From IMG/VR virus record IMGVR_UViG_2617270992_000014: a DNA stretch of 41,104 bases; one strand, written 5' to 3'. The notes under the pieces are model-generated. The model worked only from the letters and a program-made list of their open reading frames with translations, ran no database searches and was not told where the DNA came from. This document shows positions 1 to 8,460 of this stretch, piece after piece (the first letter of the stretch is position 1; each line of letters begins with the position of its first letter). The DNA is from a virus. Its lineage: Duplodnaviria > Heunggongvirae > Uroviricota > Caudoviricetes. The translations under genes and the position numbers were made by a program.

Positions 1-1119
1 TCAAATAACCAACTTAACCCATTCCTGACCTCGAGTATCGTTATAGCGATCGGTGGTTGCCTGGACTTTATGTCCTAGTAATGTTTTTGTATCGATACCC
101 TGTGCACGGTACAGTCGTTCTGATAGAGAGCGTTGTTCATGAAATGTTGGCGGAGTTTTTCCTGCTGGTGGAATTATCCCAGCCAGATCCCGTGCTTTGG
201 CAAAGTAGTCGCTCAGGTTGTCTTTACTCATCGGCTTCGGTTGTTTCTGGTGCCGACTATGGATTAGATATGGACTTAATATTCTGTCTCGGCACCCATC
301 AATAACTTCTTTTAACGTTATCCCAATGGCATCACAGCGTAGTGTAAGCGGTAACGCCAGACGCATTCCGGTTTTTCCCTGGGTGATATGCAAGTGTTCG
401 TTCCACACATCTGAAAAACGCATGTGGCAAATATCATCACGGCGTTGGCCAGTAACAATCGCAAGAAGCATTGCGTTACGGATAAAGTGTTTTTCAGGCG
501 TTGCGTTGTAAATTTTTTGCCAGTCTTCCAGAGTGAGCCTGGCTCTGGTTACTTTAGGGATCGGTTTACGGGTAGCCTCCGGAGGATTCCATCCGGGAGG
601 GACTTCCCCTGCATGCTGTGCTTCTTTATAAATATCAACCCATAATCCGCGATTTACTCTCGCTGTGCTGACCATGTCTTTATCCAGCCACTCGTCCAGT
701 ATTAATGCAAAGTCTCTTACTTCCAGTTCTTTCAATGGGTGGTTTCCCAGACGGGAAACCAGGAATGCAGCCATTCGCGCTTTTTCTTTGTGGGTTGTAG
801 CTGCAATATCTCCATTTTTCAGCCGCGCGTCCTGTATTTTCAGATATCGATCAACCCATGCCTTTAATCTGATACCCCGACGTTTTGTTGCTGACGGGCT
901 TTCATCAATTTTGCGCATGAAATATTCGGCTTCTGCTGCAGCTATTCGCTGATTGGCTGTGGAAGCGATTCTTTCAGCTTTGCCTTTGTCTGTTCCGAGT
1001 CCGTGAAATTTTCCAGTCACAGGGTTTTTATACTGGTAGTAAACTCTGCCAGTTCTGCGATCAAACTTTTCGTAAAGACCGGCTACGTCAGTGCTGTTTT
1101 TTCGTGGCCTCGGTGACAT
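1..1119 (-). CDS. int: Tyrosine-recombinase phage integrase
   Basis: 372-aa ORF with an integrase-like N-terminal arm region and C-terminal catalytic region; sits at the prophage edge immediately downstream of an excisionase-like gene. Assignment by motif recollection, not a search. Confidence 0.85.
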   Translation of the reverse strand: MSPRPRKNSTDVAGLYEKFDRRTGRVYYQYKNPVTGKFHGLGTDKGKAERIASTANQRIAAAEAEYFMRKIDESPSATKRRGIRLKAWVDRYLKIQDARLKNGDIAATTHKEKARMAAFLVSRLGNHPLKELEVRDFALILDEWLDKDMVSTARVNRGLWVDIYKEAQHAGEVPPGWNPPEATRKPIPKVTRARLTLEDWQKIYNATPEKHFIRNAMLLAIVTGQRRDDICHMRFSDVWNEHLHITQGKTGMRLALPLTLRCDAIGITLKEVIDGCRDRILSPYLIHSRHQKQPKPMSKDNLSDYFAKARDLAGIIPPAGKTPPTFHEQRSLSERLYRAQGIDTKTLLGHKVQATTDRYNDTRGQEWVKLVI

Positions 1120-1366
1120 GAGTTAAAATCTCCTTCAGTGCATCATCATCGCCAGTATGAATTTCCGGCGCAATTCCCGTTTCACCAGGTCCAACAAATA
1201 CTGCCCGGCGATCTATCAGCCAACGTCCACGAATTTTTTGTGGTCTTGGTACGATGTATCCAAGTTTTCCGTATTTCACCAGGGTAGTGTTTGTTATTGG
1301 GAGACTGAACCGTTTGGGTTTCCACTCATCGAGCGTTATCAGGTACTGTTCGCTCATGGTTATCAC
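1088..1366 (-). CDS. xis: Excisionase-like small DNA-binding protein
   Basis: 92-aa ORF overlapping the int start by about 30 nt. Segment YLITLDEWKPKR resembles the lambda Xis N-terminus as recalled. Typical xis-int coupling. Confidence 0.6.
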   Translation of the reverse strand: MITMSEQYLITLDEWKPKRFSLPITNTTLVKYGKLGYIVPRPQKIRGRWLIDRRAVFVGPGETGIAPEIHTGDDDALKEILTHVTEATKKQH

Positions 1367-1418
1367 TCCGGAACGCGCCAGTTGCAGAATACCAACTACA
1401 ACTGGCGACGGTTGAACA

Positions 1419-3833
1419 TTAAAAATCAGCCTGACTCGGGATCAGTTTTTGCCAGATAGCTGAAACTTGTTTTGCCTGGTGACGTGCATCATCGAGTGCA
1501 TTGTGAGGTACACCTTCGAATGGAATAGTCATTCTGACATCAAAGCCAATGGAATTTCCCAGTTCAACAATTGTGCGTACATCGCGATCGTTGCAGTAGC
1601 GCCACGGGCAGGGGATGCCCTGTCGTTCATATGAACGGCGTAAAATTACGTTGTCGAAGTTGGCTCCATTTCCCCAGACTCGAACATAAAATCCACAGGA
1701 GTTTTCATCTATAAATTCCCGCAATTGCAGTAGTGCATCATCTAACGGAATTTCATCGGTCAGAATGGCAGATTGCGCCTCACGTGATTGCTTAAGCCAC
1801 CATTTAATGACGTCACGATCAATGACTCCGCCAGCAGTATCCAGATCGATGGTCTTGCTAAACTCCGGCCCCATCTCTCCGGTCTGCGGATCGAAAAATA
1901 TTGCACCTAATGAGATAATCGGGGCGTCGGGATTTTTTCCCATGGTTTCAAGGTCGATCATCAGGTGGTGCCGCACTCTGCTGGTGGATGTGATAACGTG
2001 ATGACCGTTCACCGCAATTAAGGGATCTGCTGTCTCGCCAGTTTCACTATCGCTGGCGTGGTCCTGAGCGCTGCCAGCATTCTCATTGTGCGGATGTTCA
2101 GCGCCTTCCATTTCCTCCGGATCATTTTCCTTAGCTTCAACCTGATTCTCTTCATCGAATATTTCTTGGTATGTTGCGTCGCCCATCACCGCACCACAGT
2201 CAGGGCAGTTACCCCCGCCAGTCTGGCCGCAGGCATTGCAGGCTATTTCCGGTTCCTGTTGCACTACTGGCTCAGGTTGTTTCACATCCGGGCTGTTTTT
2301 TTCCGTTTCTGGCTGGTTCTGGTACACAGAATCGCGAGTCTGGATCCCCTTCACCCATTTCGGATCGTTCGGGTCGCTAATCCCTGCAACAAATTCACCA
2401 CGTGATACTGCAAGCAGCTGATTGGCGTCAGGCTGGCTGATATTGGCTGCCTGCATAATTTTGTTTACTTCGTCAGCGGTAACTTTTACCTGATTAACCG
2501 GATCTATCTGTGCCTGAGCATCCAGCGATTGCGTGTCCTGGCGATGTTCAGTTGCATTCGGTTCCATTGTTTCAGCCGTTGCCTGTTCATCTGCCATTGC
2601 GTCAGACGGTTGTGATTTTTCCACATTATTTTTTTCTTCTTCTGTTTCGCGTTCAGCAGCCAGTTCGCGGTTAACTTCTTCCAGGATATCTTTTTCCGGC
2701 GTATGCCGGGCAGCTGTGAGAGTTTCCTTGCTGGGGTTCTCGTGATCAGTCTCTGTTAAATAGGCGTTGATATACCCCTGAAGACGTCCCGGGTAATGAT
2801 AAAACTCAGGGTGTGCGCTCCGGATAAGTGCAAAAATAGCGGCGCGGGAATAATCCAGGATACCCGGGATTGCGCGAAGTGCTGCGGACCATTCTTTGAA
2901 CGGACTTTCTTTCTTCCGGACGATTTCTTTTGCGCGACGATAAACGCTGCCCGGAATTTCATAAATATTAAAATCCATCGGAAGTGTGGCCGCTGCAATC
3001 TCCACATCCAGCGTATCGAAGGTGTGTACTAAATTCGGATTGCGATCGGTTTTGTTCCCTCCACCGGCATTAGCACCGGAAGCCGTGCGGGTGATGCGTG
3101 AAACACGATTTCCTTTCATCCACTCTTTTGTCAGCAGACCGCGATCGGTGTAGTCAGCGCCCAGGTATGCTTCGAAAAAAGCAGTCATCAGTCCCAGGTC
3201 TGAATTACCAGGATTAGGGAAAACTTTGTCAGTGTCACGAACCAGTTTGTGGAGATCGCGAATTTCCAGCGGTTCGAGTTGCGCTGCTTTATTTGAGATG
3301 GCCAGCGCGGTAACGGCGGGAAGTTTTTCATCCTGTGCGTTATGTAATGCGCGTAGTTCGCCCCGCGAAACGTGTGTGATCGGTTTTTCGCTGCCGTGCT
3401 GTGCCAGCCATCGAACAGGCAGAATCTGACCTGAAACCGGCAGGAGCATATTCTCCTCAATCTCAGCCATGTCTTCGCCGTTGACGTTGGTATTGTCAGT
3501 GCTGGCTGGTTTATCCTGAACAGAGGGCGAGGGCGCGATAAGCACCATTGTGATACCATCTTCCCCGCCTTTTTCGTATCGGTTGCAGAATTCGGTATCA
3601 AACACGCCTTCCGGAGGAAGGTCATTCACAACGGGTAAATGGACGCGAACAGGTTTTTTAAAATCCTCTTCGTCAAATCCTGCATCGTCCATTGCGACAA
3701 CACCGCGTGATATTGCAACCGATAATTTTTTTGCTGTGCGCCAGTAAAAACCGCCTTTAATCCCAAGACGTTTTCTGACTTTGTCATTTTTGGCTTCGTA
3801 ATACAGTGCAATTTCTTCTTTATCAGTGCTCAT
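1419..3833 (-). CDS. Large multidomain early protein with C-terminal DEDDh (DnaQ-like) 3'-5' exonuclease domain, central Cys4 zinc-ribbon and acidic low-complexity linker
   Basis: 804-aa ORF. C-terminal about 190 aa shows motifs IDLETMG, NGANFDNVIL and HNALDDARH consistent with DEDDh exonuclease motifs I-III. CNACGQTGGGNCPDCG is a zinc-ribbon motif. N-terminal about 550 aa unrecognised. Confidence 0.7.
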   Translation of the reverse strand: MSTDKEEIALYYEAKNDKVRKRLGIKGGFYWRTAKKLSVAISRGVVAMDDAGFDEEDFKKPVRVHLPVVNDLPPEGVFDTEFCNRYEKGGEDGITMVLIAPSPSVQDKPASTDNTNVNGEDMAEIEENMLLPVSGQILPVRWLAQHGSEKPITHVSRGELRALHNAQDEKLPAVTALAISNKAAQLEPLEIRDLHKLVRDTDKVFPNPGNSDLGLMTAFFEAYLGADYTDRGLLTKEWMKGNRVSRITRTASGANAGGGNKTDRNPNLVHTFDTLDVEIAAATLPMDFNIYEIPGSVYRRAKEIVRKKESPFKEWSAALRAIPGILDYSRAAIFALIRSAHPEFYHYPGRLQGYINAYLTETDHENPSKETLTAARHTPEKDILEEVNRELAAERETEEEKNNVEKSQPSDAMADEQATAETMEPNATEHRQDTQSLDAQAQIDPVNQVKVTADEVNKIMQAANISQPDANQLLAVSRGEFVAGISDPNDPKWVKGIQTRDSVYQNQPETEKNSPDVKQPEPVVQQEPEIACNACGQTGGGNCPDCGAVMGDATYQEIFDEENQVEAKENDPEEMEGAEHPHNENAGSAQDHASDSETGETADPLIAVNGHHVITSTSRVRHHLMIDLETMGKNPDAPIISLGAIFFDPQTGEMGPEFSKTIDLDTAGGVIDRDVIKWWLKQSREAQSAILTDEIPLDDALLQLREFIDENSCGFYVRVWGNGANFDNVILRRSYERQGIPCPWRYCNDRDVRTIVELGNSIGFDVRMTIPFEGVPHNALDDARHQAKQVSAIWQKLIPSQADF

Positions 3834-3909
3834 TGATAAACCTCATTACAGATTTAAGGGTGAACAAATCCCTGCCATTGCTGGCATATAAAATGAAACC
3901 AGATATTAT

Positions 3910-4167
3910 TTACGGCGCTGTTTTAAGTCCTGCCGGGATTTCGGTATTATCCATGCGAATAACTTTCTCGACCGGATAACAGTTACCGGGAATTTTCTGT
4001 TCTGCTGCGGCAGCCATACATTCTTTCATTGAACCATATATACCAGTAACCACATCAACAGGTTCGCCAGTATTAAGAAAAACTGTCAGAGTGAGAGCAA
4101 TTGCTGTATTCATTGCCAGCATCCTTTTTGCATCAGACGCAAACGGGCCAGCATTGAAACAATGCAT
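3910..4167 (-). CDS. Hypothetical small early protein (start uncertain, possibly at internal Met)
   Basis: 85-aa ORF in the leftward early operon with a hydrophobic central segment; no recognisable domain. Confidence 0.35.
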   Translation of the reverse strand: MHCFNAGPFASDAKRMLAMNTAIALTLTVFLNTGEPVDVVTGIYGSMKECMAAAAEQKIPGNCYPVEKVIRMDNTEIPAGLKTAP

Positions 4168-4433
4168 ATTTGATTTAATAGCTCCCGTTCGTGTTTTCTC
4201 TTATTAATGGCATCTTCAGTAAATACAGGGTTACTGATTCTGACACCAATTTCAAAACAACCTTCAGACGTATTGACGTTTGGTAATAACGTTTCCATTA
4301 TCGCGTCCTCAACAATGAATTTTGTGATGCGGTGCCTGGTGCCTCCAGGTGACGTTAACCAGTTAACAATTAACGCCGGAATACAGGGACCCGCCTGCAA
4401 GTACCTACCCATAAGTATTGATACGGAGAACAA
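4110..4433 (-). CDS. Hypothetical small early protein (true start probably at the internal METLLPN Met)
   Basis: 107-aa ORF, AT-rich, same orientation as neighbours; overlaps the previous ORF in another frame. Confidence 0.3.
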   Translation of the reverse strand: MFSVSILMGRYLQAGPCIPALIVNWLTSPGGTRHRITKFIVEDAIMETLLPNVNTSEGCFEIGVRISNPVFTEDAINKRKHERELLNQICIVSMLARLRLMQKGCWQ

Positions 4434-4624
4434 ATGGTCTTTTAACTGTTCCGCGTGCGCTTAGCCGCATTCACCGCATCACAAAATTCACTTTAAAAAG
4501 GGCGGACATCAGCCAGCAATGAAAACTGATGCCGCCAAAGGTGCTAATCAACATGAAGTATTACGTAAGATGAATTCAACAAAACGCAACGAGATGGCAT
4601 CACTTATTGAAATAGCTATTGATT

Positions 4625-4999
4625 TTAATGATTAATCGAAATCTCATGGCTAGCTGTAACACTCCCGTCTGTGGCGGGATGCTTTAAATCACAGGAATTA
4701 ATGCTTCTTGTTGCGAAGTAATTTTCAAGGGGGTTCATTCGAATCCCTTTCTGTTTCATTAACAAGCCAAATCCCTTATTAATGATGTCCATTAGATCCA
4801 GGAAGTATTTTTCATGTAAATCCTGGTTATCAGAGAGCTGCTTCTCTTCGTACAGACCGATAAAGGCACGACGCACGTTACTGGATATAGTATCGATGGT
4901 TTCTTTTTCTACGGTACTCAGGTCAAGAGTCGCCAGTTGGGAACGAACTATATTCGCTGCCATTTCCTGGAATTGCATTGGTAAATCTTTAAATTCCAT
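4625..4999 (-). CDS. Hypothetical early protein
   Basis: 124-aa ORF in the leftward operon, closely followed by the next ORF; no recognisable domain. Confidence 0.45.
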   Translation of the reverse strand: MEFKDLPMQFQEMAANIVRSQLATLDLSTVEKETIDTISSNVRRAFIGLYEEKQLSDNQDLHEKYFLDLMDIINKGFGLLMKQKGIRMNPLENYFATRSINSCDLKHPATDGSVTASHEISINH

Positions 5000-5021
5000 T
5001 ATTAGCCTCGTTGGTTAGCTA

Positions 5022-5240
5022 TTAACGTGGGTATGTAATCATTCTGGCAATGCTTAATGCCGCTGCTTTTTCCAGTCTGGTGATATCCTGCTCCAGAGCG
5101 GACAGATTTTCAGCCTGCTTAGCCCTGGCTTCATTGGCCCATTTCAGATCCTGCGCTGCATTAATTTTCTGGCGCATCCACTCATAAAGTTCATCATCGG
5201 TATAGCCTGGTGCGATGATAGTGGGTTCTGGTTTCTGCAT
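5022..5240 (-). CDS. Hypothetical small early protein
   Basis: 72-aa ORF in the leftward early operon; charged, helical-looking; function unknown. Confidence 0.45.
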   Translation of the reverse strand: MQKPEPTIIAPGYTDDELYEWMRQKINAAQDLKWANEARAKQAENLSALEQDITRLEKAAALSIARMITYPR

Positions 5241-5311
5241 GTCAGCTCCTTGTGGTTAGCGTTGCCTGCTTTTAACCACGTCAGGCGAGGTGGTATCCTC
5301 TGAGGGGTCTG

Positions 5312-5668
5312 TTACTCGAGAGGAAATTGGTTATGAATACAATCAAGTTTTCTTGCCCAGAATGTGGTGGCGAAGTCTTTGACACATCCTTTAAGCCGCA
5401 GGGCTCTGACAGTTTCGCGGGAGCCATCTGCAAAAATTGTGGTCACCTTGTAACTGAAGATGAGTCCTCGCAGTTCGATGACGAAATCGTTGACAATATC
5501 TTCGGTGCACTCACCAGAGACTTTCTGAAATAAAGGCGCATACCGCTTAGTTACCGCTCTGATAACTCTTACCTGTCCGGTAATGGCGCTGATGTCAATA
5601 TAAAGCGCCATTGCTGCTTCTTTGCCGATCCTGGGATGCCTTCCATTCTGATGTTTGACTTCGCCCAC
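5312..5668 (-). CDS. Hypothetical first gene of the leftward early operon (GTG start); competes with the antisense Zn-ribbon ORF
   Basis: 118-aa ORF with GAGGA about 8 nt upstream of the GTG on the minus strand. It is not arginine-rich and does not look like an N antiterminator. Fully contains a plus-strand ORF. Confidence 0.3.
   Translation of the reverse strand: MGEVKHQNGRHPRIGKEAAMALYIDISAITGQVRVIRAVTKRYAPLFQKVSGECTEDIVNDFVIELRGLIFSYKVTTIFADGSRETVRALRLKGCVKDFATTFWARKLDCIHNQFPLE
5327..5533 (+). CDS. Small Cys4 zinc-ribbon protein encoded antisense to the leftward early operon
   Basis: 68-aa ORF with CPECGG and CKNCGH motifs (classic C4 zinc ribbon); AGAGGA about 8 nt upstream of the ATG; acidic C-terminus. 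Confidence 0.4.
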   Translation: MVMNTIKFSCPECGGEVFDTSFKPQGSDSFAGAICKNCGHLVTEDESSQFDDEIVDNIFGALTRDFLK

Positions 5669-5856
5669 TGAGAAATCCTCTGTTTCCCCTTAACGCCGGG
5701 GTAGCGGAACAAAAACCTGCTGCATAGTTATTAAAGTTGAACCCTGCCGTCATGTTCTTACGCCTCGGGCTGGCTACTTAACCCCTGACCACTGCCTGGT
5801 AACTCGAAGTATTGCCCTGCGTTCTGTGGGGCGGGGTGGGTTGGTATGTTGTTAAG

Positions 5857-5870
5857 GTAACAAGAGTTAC
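5857..5870. promoter_or_regulatory. Candidate left operator (OL-like) palindrome GTAACAAGAGTTAC
   Basis: 14-bp GTAAC-N4-GTTAC inverted repeat, same architecture as the two palindromes in the repressor-cro intergenic region; lies between the repressor terminator and the first leftward gene. Confidence 0.5.
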
Positions 5871-5910
5871 CATTAGAGTCAATACAATGTTGCAAAAGGT
5901 ACACTTGAGG

Positions 5911-5937
5911 GCATAAAAAACCCGCAATGAATGCGGG
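5911..5937 (-). terminator. Intrinsic terminator downstream of the repressor gene
   Basis: Plus-strand AAAAAA-CCCGCA-ATGAA-TGCGGG reads on the minus strand as a 6-bp GC stem followed by a T-run, immediately after the repressor stop. Confidence 0.6.
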
Positions 5938-5944
5938 TTCTGAC

Positions 5945-6619
5945 TCAGTCTAAGTATTGATGTATTTGTGAAACTTTACCTTTAATGGTGTAACCACCAT
6001 TCAGTTCGATGGGTTTGTAAAGCGGATTCAGTGACAACAGATAGATGTTTGGTCCGTCAATCGCAACTTTTTTTAGTGTTACGTTTGGCGTTCCTTCCAA
6101 TTGGATTAAGATTATTTTTCCCACCAGTTCTCTAATGTTACTTGAGCATGGTGTGATCAGCACGGTAGATCCGTCGGGGATGGTTGGGAGGCCGTTAGAG
6201 TTTGTCATCGCATCTCCCTCAACATGCAATAAAAAAGAGTTTTCAGCGGTTTTTGTCATGACATCAACCCAATTCTTAATACCAGGAATCTCGGTTACTG
6301 GACAACTCATATCCCAATAACCAGCCTGTTCCCACGTTAAAACGGGCAACCGGGCGATGTTGTCACTAATGTAAGGGTACTGATTCAGACGCAGATCATC
6401 GGTTTTATCGTGACAGTCCTTTCCATAAAGAATCCATTCAGGAGATTTGGAAAGCAATTTTGACAGTAGATGCAAATTCTCACCGTCAGGTTTTGAAGAG
6501 CCATTTTCCCATTTTGTTACGGATACACGAGATATGCCGATTGCTTTCGCAACCTGCTGTTGGGTTAATCCAACGTCTTTTCGACGATTCCGAATACGTT
6601 CGCTGATAGTGTTTTTCAT
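5945..6619 (-). CDS. CI-like prophage repressor (N-terminal HTH plus C-terminal LexA/S24-type autopeptidase domain); longer alternative starts at 6661 and 6718
   Basis: HTH segment LTQQQVAKAIGISRVSVTKWENG; C-terminal domain resembles the S24 peptidase fold. The start at 6619 places both operator palindromes in the intergenic region and implies a leaderless transcript as in lambda cI; the longest ORF would overlap cro. Confidence 0.8.
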   Translation of the reverse strand: MKNTISERIRNRRKDVGLTQQQVAKAIGISRVSVTKWENGSSKPDGENLHLLSKLLSKSPEWILYGKDCHDKTDDLRLNQYPYISDNIARLPVLTWEQAGYWDMSCPVTEIPGIKNWVDVMTKTAENSFLLHVEGDAMTNSNGLPTIPDGSTVLITPCSSNIRELVGKIILIQLEGTPNVTLKKVAIDGPNIYLLSLNPLYKPIELNGGYTIKGKVSQIHQYLD

Positions 6620-6633
6620 GTAACCAATGTTAC
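6620..6633. promoter_or_regulatory. Candidate right operator palindrome GTAACCAATGTTAC
   Basis: 14-bp GTAAC-N4-GTTAC inverted repeat abutting the proposed repressor start codon. Confidence 0.55.
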
Positions 6634-6667
6634 TACCAAGTGATGTTGCTATGGTTGACATTTCTAT

Positions 6668-6681
6668 GTAACTATTGTTAC
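6668..6681. promoter_or_regulatory. Candidate right operator palindrome GTAACTATTGTTAC
   Basis: Second GTAAC-N4-GTTAC palindrome 48 bp from the first; TTGACA hexamer at 6655-6660 between them; lies about 30 bp upstream of the cro start. Confidence 0.55.
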
Positions 6682-6710
6682 CCTCCCGCTCGAAATAACA
6701 GGAGAGTTTT

Positions 6711-6923
6711 ATGTTCAAAGATGATGTTCTGCGCTATTTCAAAAAAAAGCGACTAGTAGCTGAGGCTCTTGGAATTTCACATGTGGCTGTTGTGCGGTGG
6801 AAAGCAGTTATTCCCAAACTTCGCGCAATGGAACTGGATGAAATTACTAACGGTGAATTGAAATACAACCCAGAACTTTACAAGAAGCAGGATAGCACCT
6901 CGAACGAAGGAAAGAATGATTAA
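6711..6923 (+). CDS. cro: Cro-like small HTH regulator (YdaS-like)
   Basis: 70-aa ORF divergent from the repressor, AGGAG 7 nt upstream; HTH segment RLVAEALGISHVAVVRW. Confidence 0.75.
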   Translation: MFKDDVLRYFKKKRLVAEALGISHVAVVRWKAVIPKLRAMELDEITNGELKYNPELYKKQDSTSNEGKND

Positions 6924-7348
6924 TGAAAATCAAGCATGAACACATCCGCATGGCGATGAATGTCTGGGCGCATCCGGACGGTGAAAAAGTTCCGGCAGCT
7001 GAAATAACCCGGGCTTATTTTGAGCTTGGTATGACGTTCCCGGAGCTATATGACGACAGCCATCCGGAAGCCCTGGCTCGCAATACTCAGAAAATATTCC
7101 GCTGGGTGGAGAAAGACACCCCTGATGCGGTTAAAAAAATTCAGGCGTTGTTACCAGCGATCGAAAAAGCAATGCCACCTCTGCTGGTGGCCCGAATGCG
7201 CAGCCACAGTTCAGCCTATTTTCGGGAGCTGGTGGAGACGCGGGAACGACTGGTGAGAGACGCTGATGATTTTGTCGCAGTGGCGATCGCTGGTTTCAAC
7301 CAGATGAATCGTGGTGGCCCGGCGGGAAATATTGTGGTTGTGCATTGA
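6923..7348 (+). CDS. YdaT-like protein in the CII position (regulator of unknown mechanism)
   Basis: 141-aa ORF directly after cro (ATGA-type junction); size and position match the ydaS-ydaT pair of Rac-type prophages as recalled. Confidence 0.55.
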   Translation: MKIKHEHIRMAMNVWAHPDGEKVPAAEITRAYFELGMTFPELYDDSHPEALARNTQKIFRWVEKDTPDAVKKIQALLPAIEKAMPPLLVARMRSHSSAYFRELVETRERLVRDADDFVAVAIAGFNQMNRGGPAGNIVVVH

Positions 7349-7413
7349 CTGACAATATTCATACCGGATCACTTCCGGCAATTTGTGAGTAAAAAGATTC
7401 GGTATCAAAAGAG

Positions 7414-8460
7414 GTGAGTATGGCTAACGCCTGGCTCAGATTATGGCATGACATGCCAAATGACCCTAAGTGGCGAACAATTGCCAGGGTGTCAGGGCAG
7501 CCAATCGCAACAGTGATGGCTGTGTATATCCACCTTCTGGTGAGCGCGTCACGAAATGTCACGACATGTCACGGCGTGTCACTACGTGGTCACATTGATG
7601 TCACGACGGAAGATTTAGCAAGTGCGCTTGATGTGACGGAAGAAGTAATTGATTCAATTTTACAGGCAATGCAGGGGCGGGTACTTGATGGAGATTTGAT
7701 CAGTGGATGGGAAAAACGCCAGGTACTGAAAGAGGACAATGGCAACGTTTCACAAACCGCGAAATCCCCGGCAGAGCGCAAGAGAGCGCAGCGCGAGAGG
7801 GAAAAATTACGAAAACAGAATGAGGGGGCGCGCGACGAGTCACGCATATGTCACGACATGTCACGACGAGTCACGACAGATAAAGATACAGATAAAGAAT
7901 TAAACCCCACACATAACGCGCGCGTGCGCGAGAGTGCTCCGGTCAGTGAGGCAAATGGCGTGCCGTTGCAAACATCGGAACCTGATTACCTGGAAGGCCT
8001 GAGCGAACCCATCGGGAAATTTCCGATGACCGATGGCTGGCATCCGTCGCCGGATTTTCGACGACGGGCGGCTCTGTGGGGAGTGGCTCTGCCGGAGCCG
8101 GAATTTACACCAGCTGAACTTGCCGCCTTCCGGGACTACTGGGCAGCGGAGGGTAAAGTTTTCACGCAGGTTCAGTGGGAGCAGAAATTCGCCCGTCACG
8201 TAAATCACGTCAGGGCGCAGGCTAAACCAGTCAGCAAGGGGGTAAACCATGCAGCAGCACCAGGTGGCACCGCATCACGGGCAGTTCAGGAAATTCGGGC
8301 AGCACGTGAGCAGTGGGAACGTGAAAACGGATTTATCAGCGACGGAAACGGCCTGGAAGCTGTGGGAACTCATGGGGGAGGTTTATTCGAACCGCTGGAC
8401 CCAGAAGAACGGGGCCGCACCTTCGAAGCTCTGGATTGCACAGATTGGCGCGATGACTGA
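7414..8460 (+). CDS. Replication initiator (O-like) with DnaT-like C-terminal domain; contains the replication origin iterons
   Basis: 348-aa ORF; C-terminal segment [33 protein letters not shown] resembles DnaT-like primosomal domains; two clusters of direct GTCAC(G) repeats inside the coding sequence. Confidence 0.7.
   Translation: MSMANAWLRLWHDMPNDPKWRTIARVSGQPIATVMAVYIHLLVSASRNVTTCHGVSLRGHIDVTTEDLASALDVTEEVIDSILQAMQGRVLDGDLISGWEKRQVLKEDNGNVSQTAKSPAERKRAQREREKLRKQNEGARDESRICHDMSRRVTTDKDTDKELNPTHNARVRESAPVSEANGVPLQTSEPDYLEGLSEPIGKFPMTDGWHPSPDFRRRAALWGVALPEPEFTPAELAAFRDYWAAEGKVFTQVQWEQKFARHVNHVRAQAKPVSKGVNHAAAPGGTASRAVQEIRAAREQWERENGFISDGNGLEAVGTHGGGLFEPLDPEERGRTFEALDCTDWRDD
7548..7609 (+). 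repeat. Iteron cluster 1 (six GTCAC repeats at about 10-11 bp spacing), candidate origin of replication
   Basis: GTCAC at 7548, 7558, 7568, 7578, 7589 and 7600, seen directly in sequence. Confidence 0.7.
7839..7879 (+). repeat. Iteron cluster 2 (four GTCACG repeats at about 10-11 bp spacing) followed by an AT-rich tract
   Basis: GTCAC at 7839, 7850, 7860 and 7870, then GATAAAGATACAGATAAAGAATTAAA; resembles the iterons plus AT-rich layout of ori-lambda. Confidence 0.7.

Noticed and set aside
1157-1459. 100-aa plus-strand ORF opposite xis
   Set aside because: Antisense to the xis/int overlap region with no start context; xis is supported by its position and motif.
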